Notes under the pieces: model-generated | What the model was told of the DNA's origin: nothing | The model's database searches: none | What the model saw: only the letters and a program-made list of their open reading frames with translations | In this document: in pieces, positions 55,054-64,000 of the stretch | How positions within the stretch are numbered: the stretch's first letter is position 1 | How the letters are laid out: each line of letters begins with the position of its first letter | Assembly (NCBI GenBank): GCA_024704765.1 | Contig: JAKMXF010000022.1 | Location: forward strand, 124,001 to 188,000 | Origin: Oopsacas minuta | Taxonomy: Eukaryota; Animalia; Porifera | DNA length: 64,000 bases | Reading direction: 5' to 3' | Position numbers and translations under genes: made by a program

Positions 55054-57123
55054 ATGCTATCGCATCACTCAACACATCCCCTCTCGTTAAATATCAGTTT
55101 ATCTGAAATAAGAGTACGCAACGAATATTCGCTTATCAGTTGTGTTATATTCGTCAAACATTCCACAACACACGAATTCAATTTCCTCTCAGCAACTGAC
55201 TTCGTAGAGAACCCAGGGATTGGTGGATTTGTAACTTTCCATCAAGACATTCGTGTTGAGTGGCTAATTGACTGGGATCAACAAATAAGAATAGAACTCC
55301 GTACACTTGAATTAACTAACGAGTATGTAACGACTGAGACACAAGAACCATTGCTAGTTGCATGTGCAGAGTTCCCATTAACTTGTACGCTGGTGGCTGG
55401 AAAAGAGTTCTGTATCCCTCTAGAAGGGGCAGATGGTATTCAGTGTAGTGTCCTACATATGAATACAAGAGACCTGGAGGAGAATAAGCTCACTCTAATA
55501 TTCAAATGCTCCACAGAAGTATCTATTGAGAATAAGTCTAAGAGAGATTTGTTCTCGAAGCTTCTCCGCAAAGAAGAATTTAGAGATAATAAGCACACAA
55601 ACAAATTGCATTTAGACCTTGCTACCAAGTATCGGACTGGAGTAATGCAACCGTTCTTATCAAGCGAATTGAGAGATTTTTCTGAGGTAATTGAATGGGA
55701 TAAAATGTATGTGTCTGTTTCGAGTATAAAAGAATTCAATCTTGATAATAAGGTCTGGATACGATTATGGCAACGAGATGAACAGGAATATTCACATAAA
55801 ATATTTCAAACCTGTGAAACTCTCAGAGCAATACTCACTTGTGAACATGAGACTAATGGTAGACGAATAGAACTCAAATCTATACAAACAGAGAAAGGAC
55901 ATCAATATATAAATTCTAGCTCCATCGATATACATGAGTGCAGGATTGTGAAGTTCCCAACAGCAGTAGACTATTTGTTGGGGGGACATGAGATTAGTTT
56001 GACACTAGCAATCGATTTCACAGTTTCCAACGGAAACTATACCCTCTCTTCTTCATACCACCATCTCACACCTAGCGACGATAACTTATACGTGGAATGT
56101 ATCAAATCGGTAATTAATTTCACTCAGAAATTCTCTAATAATTCGCATTCAAATTTGCCAATAATTGCTTATGGTTTCGGAGCAGCGCCTGTGCACTTAG
56201 GCCAGATATCACAATGTTTTGCTCTGAACCAAGAGGAGCGAAACCCCACAATACTCAGTTCAGATAAACTATGGTATCACTACACTAATATAGTTAAGAA
56301 CACAGAGCCAGCTCGCCTCGCCTCTCTACGTCATGTTATTCACAAATGTCTGCATGACGTCATGGCTCAAGAGAGGTATATTCAATACCGAGTATGTTAT
56401 GTCCTAACAACTGGTAATATCTGTGATATGTTAGAAGTGAAAGAATTGTTAGTGGAGTCTGCGAAATACCCTCTCTCTATTGTATTTATAGGTGTAGGAG
56501 ATCAGAAAGGATCCGAGAAATTAGAAGAATTAACTAATACAGATAAACTTATCAGTTCTAATGGCAGTAAGACTGTAAGATCTAATATTCTATACCGAAA
56601 TTGGAAATCACTCAAATTTGAAACACTAAACAAAGGTCAGAATATATTATCTGCTATATCCCTCAATCTAACTTCAATTCTCCTAGAACAATTTAGAGAT
56701 TATTACAGGCTAATGAATTTAGAACCTCCAAGACCAATAGACACACGAAGCTCTCCAGGAGCTCCTTACCGTTCTCTGACGAAGCAGACTTCTCTATACG
56801 GTCATTATGTATCAGCAAATGTCAGTGATATAAAAGTGTTCCAAGAAGCACAACTACAACAACCTCCTAATATATCACTCAAGAATGAATGTTCAATAGG
56901 ACATGTAGCTACACCTGAGAGTATTTCTCTTATCAAACCGATCATTTTAGGCTCAGAACTTACCTCAACCCCTCTTAGTCCGCAGCAGACTACTCTGCTA
57001 GAATACAGCTCGTATCTCACTCCATTAACTGATGAGGATAACGATCTATCTCATTCATCAATTACACCATTATTAGCACACGAAGATTCTCTTAAAATAC
57101 ATAATTTGAATATTGATGATTAG
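55054..57123 (+). CDS. Divergent copine-like protein (C2-like region + vWA domain)
   Basis: PTAVDYLLGGHEISLTLAIDFTVSNG, IAYGFGA, CFALN, ESAKYPLSIVFIGVG are copine vWA motifs. Confidence 0.82.
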   Translation: MLSHHSTHPLSLNISLSEIRVRNEYSLISCVIFVKHSTTHEFNFLSATDFVENPGIGGFVTFHQDIRVEWLIDWDQQIRIELRTLELTNEYVTTETQEPLLVACAEFPLTCTLVAGKEFCIPLEGADGIQCSVLHMNTRDLEENKLTLIFKCSTEVSIENKSKRDLFSKLLRKEEFRDNKHTNKLHLDLATKYRTGVMQPFLSSELRDFSEVIEWDKMYVSVSSIKEFNLDNKVWIRLWQRDEQEYSHKIFQTCETLRAILTCEHETNGRRIELKSIQTEKGHQYINSSSIDIHECRIVKFPTAVDYLLGGHEISLTLAIDFTVSNGNYTLSSSYHHLTPSDDNLYVECIKSVINFTQKFSNNSHSNLPIIAYGFGAAPVHLGQISQCFALNQEERNPTILSSDKLWYHYTNIVKNTEPARLASLRHVIHKCLHDVMAQERYIQYRVCYVLTTGNICDMLEVKELLVESAKYPLSIVFIGVGDQKGSEKLEELTNTDKLISSNGSKTVRSNILYRNWKSLKFETLNKGQNILSAISLNLTSILLEQFRDYYRLMNLEPPRPIDTRSSPGAPYRSLTKQTSLYGHYVSANVSDIKVFQEAQLQQPPNISLKNECSIGHVATPESISLIKPIILGSELTSTPLSPQQTTLLEYSSYLTPLTDEDNDLSHSSITPLLAHEDSLKIHNLNIDD

Positions 57124-57236
57124 AATATTTATCTTATCTGTAATATATCTATGTTATTCTTAATTTTTGTATTTTTTCTCGATTTTATTACTATCGAATT
57201 ACATAGTTACTCGTATTACGTAAAAGTATAAATATA

Positions 57237-58144
57237 TTATTCGAAAATTAAGTATTTTTTGATGAACTCTTCAGAAAAATTCTCTTTCACCATTTTGTCT
57301 AATTTGTGAGATTGTTCAGCAGATAACTCATCCTTCCAGCCCCCAACTATTCCCTTCCTCAAAAAATTAGCCCCTCACGCATCATAGAGGATCTGTTGGT
57401 CAATTCGTTGGTCCGCATTGCTTCAAAATCAGTTTCTTTTACTATTGTGTCGTATATCTCTTCATTAAATGGTAATCCGAGGAAATGAGATAATTCTTCT
57501 ACTCTCTGTTTAAACTCAGCCTTCAATTCTTCATATGAAATAATCAGCAAGTTAGATTCTTCTTTGTGTTGAATGTATCCTTTTATATGTTTGAAATATC
57601 CTATGCCATCAGTATCCACAAACAGGTTGAAAAACTGTTCAAAAGTCCCTTCATAATTTAACATATTCATTCTTGTAAAATGATGGTATGCAGATACTAG
57701 AATATCTTTAGGGTTCCTGTATACATATAAGTACTTTGCTGATGGATTTATCGGCAGATACTCATGAGGCCTGTGAGTGGAGAAAAGTCTTGGAGAAGGG
57801 AGAGATTCTACTTCGGATATTATGGGTAGTCTCTTGGAGTATTCACCAAATTTGGTAACAACATCCTCTGTTAACTCTTCTAATTGAGGAATATCAAGAT
57901 CAGTATTTTGTTTTTCTAGAGGACCGTCTAATGGCTTGCCTGTTTTCAATATAGCAATAATATGACATAGCCAATTAGTACCACTCTTTGGGAAAGAACA
58001 CACAAATATATCAGTGTCACGAGGTTTGAAATTTGCTATTACGTCATCAATCCATTCCTTCGTTGTTAGAGCTGGAAACAGATAACCACCATGAAATCCG
58101 AATTTTATTTTCCCATAGCGAGCTGTATCTTCAGATGATGCCAT
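57237..58144 (-). CDS. Cytosolic sulfotransferase (SULT1-like) with a -1 frameshift near 57361-57374 (sequencing error, pseudogene or recoding)
   Basis: 5'-PSB motif CSFPKSGTNW and 3'-PB motif YRNPKDILVS lie in the main ORF, which stops at 57359. The RKGIVGGWK motif and a natural C-terminus continue in the -1 frame to TAA at 57237. Confidence 0.85.
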
Positions 58145-58326
58145 TATTCTAAAGTGTATACACGTACATGCAATTATATAATAAAATGGTGGAATACATT
58201 TCTTTAACATGAACAGAATATTTCTACTTTAAGATTTGATAAATAAATAATATCTGAACAATAAATAATCCTGTTTCTACTATTTCTGTTTCATCACGAC
58301 TACTAATGTCTTGTATAGCACGAAAG

Positions 58327-59346
58327 CTAAATAGGTTGAGCTGGTAGATTGTCTCTTCCGTGTGGAGAGTCCCAGTCCAATTCCGGTCCCATCGTTACAA
58401 TAGAGTATGTATTGAGTTTATTGTGACTCTTCATGTAATGATGCTTGATATGCTTCAAATTAATAGTCTCCTTTACCTCTGGTATACTGTATACTTCTCT
58501 TAGGAAACCAGATAAGTTTGGGTAGTCCTGTATCCTCTTTATGTTACACTTGAAATGCTGTACATAGACCGGATCGAACCTAATGAGAGTAACAAATAGA
58601 CGTATGTCTGCCTCTGTGAATTTATCTCCACATAGATATCTCTGTTTAGAAAGAATATCTTCTAACTTATCCAGAGTACTGAACAACTCAATTACAGCTT
58701 TATCGTATGCTTGTTGAGTAGTAGCAAACCCACACTTATACACACCGTTATTTACACCATTGTAAATTATATCGTTAATTTCATCAATCTTACCTCTGAG
58801 TGGTTCTGGATAGAAATCACGATCTGGATGTTTTGCTAGATTATTGAATCCTGAGTTTAATATACGGATTATCTCAGAGCTCTCATTGTTGACAATAGTT
58901 TTCTGCTTTTTGTCGTAGAGTATAGGTACACTATGTCTCCCAGTGTACTTCTCATTTGTATGTAGATATATTTGCTTGATGAAGCTGAAACCATGGACGG
59001 ACTCCTCGGTAGAGCCATCTTCCACCGGAGTGAATGACCAACCTCCCTCACCTAGTAGCCAATGTACTACATTAACAGTAATTACGTCATCAAGACCCTT
59101 TAACATCCGCATAATAAGCGTCCTATGTGCCCAGGGACAAGCATAAGAAACATACAAATGGTAACGTTTGTCTTCAGCTGGGAAACTTTTTGAAGGCACC
59201 ATCTCTCTGAACTCGGACGGAGGACGAATGAATTCGCCTTTCTCGATAATAGTATTGCTTAACGTTGCCATCTTACATTTGTGACTAGTAAAATTTGATA
59301 AGTTTAAATTTCCAATTACTTTAAATAGTAATCTAGTTACTCTCAT
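58327..59346 (-). CDS. Glutathionyl-hydroquinone reductase (Xi-class / omega-like GST, YqjG/ECM4 family)
   Basis: RYHLYVSYACPWAHRTLI, SVPILYDKK..IVNNESSEIIR, NNGVYKCGFATTQQAY, ADIRLFVTLIRFDPVYVQHFKCN, HIKHHYMKSH. The ATG is at 59346 or 59271. Confidence 0.93.
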   Translation of the reverse strand: MRVTRLLFKVIGNLNLSNFTSHKCKMATLSNTIIEKGEFIRPPSEFREMVPSKSFPAEDKRYHLYVSYACPWAHRTLIMRMLKGLDDVITVNVVHWLLGEGGWSFTPVEDGSTEESVHGFSFIKQIYLHTNEKYTGRHSVPILYDKKQKTIVNNESSEIIRILNSGFNNLAKHPDRDFYPEPLRGKIDEINDIIYNGVNNGVYKCGFATTQQAYDKAVIELFSTLDKLEDILSKQRYLCGDKFTEADIRLFVTLIRFDPVYVQHFKCNIKRIQDYPNLSGFLREVYSIPEVKETINLKHIKHHYMKSHNKLNTYSIVTMGPELDWDSPHGRDNLPAQPI

Positions 59347-59801
59347 TCTAAGATACTACAAGATATTCGATATGATGCTAAAATTAATTATAAATTAATC
59401 ATTTTATAAACCAATGAAGATAGGAATTTGAAAATCTAAAATAAAAATATACTTGCGCGAATACCTCTGACTAACTGTTGAAACGAAAATACTATCACAT
59501 TTCATATTGCAAAAGGTGTGAAAATATGATTAATCATATAAAAAATCTGTAAATTTGTAATTACTTAATAGAAAGATATCTAGTTACTACTGTATGATGT
59601 TAAATTTAATATTAATTAATTAAAGAAATCATCTTAGAGAAATAATTATTCCACAAAAATTATTAATATATACTTTTCTGTTTCGTTCATTAAATTATTG
59701 TCTCATATAAAATTGGGAAGGTAATAGCCTGATAAATTGCTATAAGATTTGCAGACAAAATTTTGAATAAATCATTGTGATTGTTAATAATATCTAAGTA
59801 G

Positions 59802-62294
59802 TCATGTGAGTATATGTTTCTTTTCTTCAAGATATACCTTAGTAAGACCACAGGGTAGAAAAAGCTTCTCCTGAATAAAACAAGATTCCATTTCTATCTC
59901 ATTACCTTTCAACTCTATCTTGTCATACTGCTTTCCTTCTCCTACCTTTGGTAATATCTTCTTTATTGTATCATCATGCAAATGGACAATGAGTTCAGTC
60001 TTCTCCATATTGTTACATTTTATTATCAAATCAAGATTGAACTTATCAATCGGGTTTGTTACAAATGCTTGACATTCATCACAATAGAACTCATTTCCCT
60101 GTGAGTACTCCTCTACTCCCTCACCACACCCCCCACACACCTGCCACACATAAGCACATTCCTCTACCACACCTTCAATGCTTCCTCTAACGTATACCAT
60201 GCTATTTACCTTATAATATTCACCAAATAGTGGATAGGAGGTAGGAGTTACGAAACTGAATTTATTTATAACTTTGTCTACCATTTCTGAGCCAAGCATT
60301 AATCCTGCATTTATTATTTCTATCAAATTACAGTATTTATCAGCAAGGAGAGGAGTAGGTCGCTCAGTTATTCTGCTTACAAAGATTGAACCCAGATAGA
60401 ATATTCTGCCACAAGATTCTTGTAAAGTATGTAATAACGACCTAGTTAACACTGGTTCTACGTACACCTGGAATAACTGGCAATTATCCCCCAGTAGGAA
60501 TAAAAAGCAACCAGACAATGGCCTACTGTGTTCTTCAATATCTCCATCCTGTATGGAGATAGGAACCTCTAACTGTGTGTGTTGTAACCTCCCTACTAAT
60601 GATGTTCTATATCTCTGCTCAGCTGTTGAATATTCTGATAATTCTGTAAGAGGATTAATTGCTGTAGAGTCAGAAAAATCTTTCAAAATATCGATTTGAG
60701 AGTTTAAGCTACCTGCTAGAATGTAGCAGTACCTCTGACTACCTGATAATGTCTGTATGATGGACATCAGGTGTAGTGATGTGTGTTTATTGACACGTGA
60801 TAGTACTTTGACACATTTCAATAACACAATGCTATTTAACAGCTGATACGGTTTAATAATTGTGTCATGCTTATCCAATATTGGAATGGGGAGTGATACC
60901 ACGAAACATTCGTCATTAGAGTCTCTTATAAATATTTGGAAATGTTGATCTAAGTTCATCTCTGTAACTTGAGTATCTGACAACTGTCTGGGATTAACAG
61001 CATGTGTAACATGCATTACAGTACCAGTTAATGTTATATCTTCCCATCTCTGTGATGCTAGTGCAGTTCTAAGAGGGTATTGGAATAGTTGTAATTGTAG
61101 TCCTGTATCTGTACATACAGTTGTAACAACTCTGTTATGTTTATGTATATCTTGTAAGTGTGATGAACGCCAAATATTAAATGTATTACAAGCGGGAGGA
61201 GTAGGTAGCTTGAGGTTCGTATTTGTCTCTGAAGAATCGCCGATAAATGAGAAATACGTGCAGAGAATAACAGGTGATTTCAGATGTCCTACGAGTAAGA
61301 ATGTCCATGGCGGACATATATTTACACAAGAGTTAGCTCTAATTCTTAGCATTTCTACAGTTTGATGAGTGAATAATATTGTAATTTTATTGCAGGTTCG
61401 AAATTTTTCATTTTCAGCTATTTTATCGGGAACTGGTTCATTGATAGCACAGATTGTGTTATATAGAGAGCCTTGTAAATGTATTGATTCTATACAAGCT
61501 GTAATAATCTCATTTCGGTCAATGCCATTAAGATGTGTATCTTGCTTCATATTATGATACCACATGTGTACGTCACTAGCTAGTCTTGGCGATAGTATCG
61601 TTATGTACTCAGCAAATCCTTCACTTATCAATTTCTTCTTTCGTTTGCGTGTTGGAGGTTCACTCTCGGTTAACTCATTAGAATTAGAGGGTGATAAAGT
61701 TTCTACCGTAGTCTTAATCCAATCTCCTATTGAATCTCTCCCAGTTTGTAAAGAAATATTGGAACAATTATTTACTCTGTCAATATACTCACTAAACGAT
61801 GTATTTGTAATTTCACATTTTACAGGAGTATCAGATGAAGTATTCAATGAGAAGAGTTCTTTAGAAGTTCTATTGAGTAGATTTGAATGATTCTCTATTC
61901 TACAAATATCTAATTTTGGTGTTTTGTTTGGAATTGTGAAGTTATCCGATTCTTGTTTAATTTCAAACTTTGAATTTGATTGAGGTGAAACTTTATCAAA
62001 AAAGTTCTTGTTACTATTGGTTGTCAATAAATCGTTTCCAAACCTTTGTAGAAAATTAGAAAGTTTCTTTCCAGAGACAATTTTATCTTTTGTCCTTTCT
62101 ATATCGACTCTTTTACCCAGAGGTAATTGTTCAGTTGCTCTAGTCCTTTTATGAGAAGAGATTTCTGTACCTTTTTTTGGTGTTGTTGTTACTTGCGCCA
62201 GAAAATCTGACAAATTTCTTGTATTAGAAATCGGATTATGAACACTATTCTTCTTCATCACCAATCTTCCATTATTTGTTCGAATTACCCACAA
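59802..62294 (-). CDS. SPIDR: Scaffold protein involved in DNA repair (SPIDR)-like, single exon
   Basis: EGFAEYITIL..DVHMWYH and ILFTHQTV..VNICPPW..PVILCTYF (DUF4502-like), followed by C-terminal OB-fold/Zn motifs CGGCG..CDEC (DUF4503-like). Confidence 0.7.
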   Translation of the reverse strand: MWVIRTNNGRLVMKKNSVHNPISNTRNLSDFLAQVTTTPKKGTEISSHKRTRATEQLPLGKRVDIERTKDKIVSGKKLSNFLQRFGNDLLTTNSNKNFFDKVSPQSNSKFEIKQESDNFTIPNKTPKLDICRIENHSNLLNRTSKELFSLNTSSDTPVKCEITNTSFSEYIDRVNNCSNISLQTGRDSIGDWIKTTVETLSPSNSNELTESEPPTRKRKKKLISEGFAEYITILSPRLASDVHMWYHNMKQDTHLNGIDRNEIITACIESIHLQGSLYNTICAINEPVPDKIAENEKFRTCNKITILFTHQTVEMLRIRANSCVNICPPWTFLLVGHLKSPVILCTYFSFIGDSSETNTNLKLPTPPACNTFNIWRSSHLQDIHKHNRVVTTVCTDTGLQLQLFQYPLRTALASQRWEDITLTGTVMHVTHAVNPRQLSDTQVTEMNLDQHFQIFIRDSNDECFVVSLPIPILDKHDTIIKPYQLLNSIVLLKCVKVLSRVNKHTSLHLMSIIQTLSGSQRYCYILAGSLNSQIDILKDFSDSTAINPLTELSEYSTAEQRYRTSLVGRLQHTQLEVPISIQDGDIEEHSRPLSGCFLFLLGDNCQLFQVYVEPVLTRSLLHTLQESCGRIFYLGSIFVSRITERPTPLLADKYCNLIEIINAGLMLGSEMVDKVINKFSFVTPTSYPLFGEYYKVNSMVYVRGSIEGVVEECAYVWQVCGGCGEGVEEYSQGNEFYCDECQAFVTNPIDKFNLDLIIKCNNMEKTELIVHLHDDTIKKILPKVGEGKQYDKIELKGNEIEMESCFIQEKLFLPCGLTKVYLEEKKHILT

Positions 62295-62336
62295 CTATGC
62301 ATTTAAATGTTTACATCATTAAATAATTAATAACTA

Positions 62337-62362
62337 CAGTCAAACTTGTCTATAACGGCCAC
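62337..62362 (+). mobile_element. Solo pogo-type MITE terminus upstream of SPIDR
   Basis: TA|CAGTCAAACTTGTCTATAACGGCCAC resembles a pogo-MITE end. No partner end was found. Confidence 0.35.
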
Positions 62363-62533
62363 TCATGTGCCGTGCAAAACGAGCGATTTTAAGTTAACAC
62401 AATAAGTATTAAAATATTAATCCAGCGATAACCAATTTACAATACAAATACATACATGCTAGTATACATGTAGTAATACTCTACCAATTATACAGTTTTG
62501 ATTCAAATTAAAATAACATTATACTGCTCGCAA

Positions 62534-64000
62534 TTAATTGAGCAAGTCGTCATCAGATTCAGTGGGTCCCTCGCTATCACTACTGGAAGTCCTAAGCAGC
62601 ATGCTCTCTAGATCACGTGCATTAGTAGAAGATACTATTGAAGGAGTAAAGAAATATTTTTTGATAAGACATCCACTACCAATAGTAATCAATACTAGCA
62701 TGGCTATAAGCACAATAACAACCATTATACATATCAGTATTTGAAAGAAACCGAAGCTATCCGTGGTGTACTGGCAGTTATCTGTTTGAGTGCGAGGAAT
62801 TATCGCGATTTTTAACACTTCGCTTGGGTTTTCTAATCCATTTATATCACATGCTGAGGGTGCGAATCCTACCCTACCCCTTCCCCTGTCAAACTCTACG
62901 GTGTAACCTTTGAACAGCATCATCCCTAGTACAGCACCGCTAACACTCTCTATTGGGTTCTGTTTTATGCCTAATTTGTACCAGGAGCAGTTGGTAGTTG
63001 CACAATAGTCTCCTTTCTCGATGTTGATACTTTTACTGCTTACTTTCTTCAAATATAATTGAGGAGGAATTACAATACTCAGTTCTACTTCTTGGCTGTC
63101 TGGTACCTGCAGAGCAATTTCTAAATTATTGAATGACGTAAACTCTTCAACTGATCCTCTCTTCCAACCCAGGGCTGACTCACCACTCCAAAAGCTATCA
63201 GGAATATCCAGCTTACTGCTTCTGTTAGATTTCTTCAGTTTAGCTATTATAGCAGAGAAAGTACCTTTATTGAATGACAGCTCTGTAGTTCCACTGTCTA
63301 TAATGCTAAATTTATCGTTGAAAACTGAACAGGGAAGATCGAGAGCTTCTGAGCCAACTTTAATGTTTGTTAGAATTATTTTGTAGAAAGATTTCTCTGT
63401 TATAGCTGCATAAATGAACGTGTCACTGTTGCTAGGTAAAAGTGGTGTGCCTGACCCTAGAGACATTCTCCCACCCTTGTCCAACAGGGTTCCATCTGGC
63501 CTTGTCTCAGGTCCACAAAGCTGTAGACCGAACTTATCATCTGTCACTCCATTCGCAACCAGGCTGTCCATGACAGGAAGTACACTAGAATCTGGCTTTG
63601 CTAGCTTAGCATATCCCATTCCTAATATCCCTACCCACCCATTACTTGTCTTAAAAAATCCATCAGAAATAACTTCCATTAAGGATATGTATACAGTAGT
63701 GCTATGTGTGTCTCCAATGGAAAAGGAAAAGTTGTCTTTCCCTACTCTACCTGACCACTCCCCCTCTACATATCTCACACCTACATCAATGTCGATATCT
63801 CTAAATGATTCAGAGAGATCTGAGTTAAAATAAGGGTAGTTGTTAATTGAAGAAAAGTTCACAGCTGCCACAGCAAAGTTGCTAGATCCAGAATCTAGTA
63901 GTACTCTGAACTCCTGAGGGGGCGTACCCAAACTAACAGATAGTGAATAGCCTGTTTCTGGTTCTCCTTCAAGTGGGTACACCTGACAGCAAGCTACGGG
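62534..64000 (-). CDS. BACE: Beta-secretase (BACE)-like membrane aspartic protease, 5'-partial
   Basis: VLLDSGSSNFAVAA, YVEGEWSG, WVGILGMGYAKLAKPD, SIIDSGTT, GYTVEFDRGRGRVGFAPSAC, and a C-terminal TM helix. The frame stays open to position 64000. Confidence 0.9.
   Translation of the reverse strand, partial: PVACCQVYPLEGEPETGYSLSVSLGTPPQEFRVLLDSGSSNFAVAAVNFSSINNYPYFNSDLSESFRDIDIDVGVRYVEGEWSGRVGKDNFSFSIGDTHSTTVYISLMEVISDGFFKTSNGWVGILGMGYAKLAKPDSSVLPVMDSLVANGVTDDKFGLQLCGPETRPDGTLLDKGGRMSLGSGTPLLPSNSDTFIYAAITEKSFYKIILTNIKVGSEALDLPCSVFNDKFSIIDSGTTELSFNKGTFSAIIAKLKKSNRSSKLDIPDSFWSGESALGWKRGSVEEFTSFNNLEIALQVPDSQEVELSIVIPPQLYLKKVSSKSINIEKGDYCATTNCSWYKLGIKQNPIESVSGAVLGMMLFKGYTVEFDRGRGRVGFAPSACDINGLENPSEVLKIAIIPRTQTDNCQYTTDSFGFFQILICIMVVIVLIAMLVLITIGSGCLIKKYFFTPSIVSSTNARDLESMLLRTSSSDSEGPTESDDDLLN

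Noticed and set aside
1-64000. tRNA, rRNA, snRNA genes and bacterial contamination
   Set aside because: No cloverleaf or rRNA/snRNA signatures were recognised by eye (a covariance-model scan would be decisive). Spliceosomal introns and animal-specific genes occur throughout.

Overview
Gene-dense, AT-rich eukaryotic (animal) DNA with about 22 protein-coding genes and short GT-AG introns. I found no rRNA, tRNA, CRISPR array or intact transposase. The compactness, the many intronless orthologues of normally multi-exon genes and the RING-less NHL protein suggest an early-branching animal such as a glass sponge (Oopsacas-like); this is inference. Gene order: PBRM1 (-, runs off the left edge), TTC28, GPAT1-like, HNF1-class homeobox (-), NADPH-dependent FMN reductase, rhotekin-like, PRDX6, WD40-only COP1-like, coiled-coil/CAP-Gly protein, RSPH14, NUS1 (-), EPS8-type SAM orphan, PDS5, NHL-repeat protein, soluble guanylate cyclase, PWWP protein, COMMD10, a ~28-exon supervillin, ALDH (-), copine-like, sulfotransferase (-, frameshifted), glutathionyl-hydroquinone reductase (-), SPIDR (-) and BACE-like (-, runs off the right edge). 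Several Tc1/pogo-type MITE relics lie in non-coding DNA. The most unusual observations are: a MITE upstream of the HNF gene carrying a 23/24-nt copy of that gene's recognition-helix sequence; an HNF1-class gene in a putative sponge; a -1 frameshift that puts the essential RKGxxGxW motif of the sulfotransferase out of frame; an adjacent sulfotransferase and hydroquinone-reductase pair; and a single-chain NO-type sGC with a complete catalytic site. Exon boundaries were read by eye and family assignments come from motif recognition, not from database searches.
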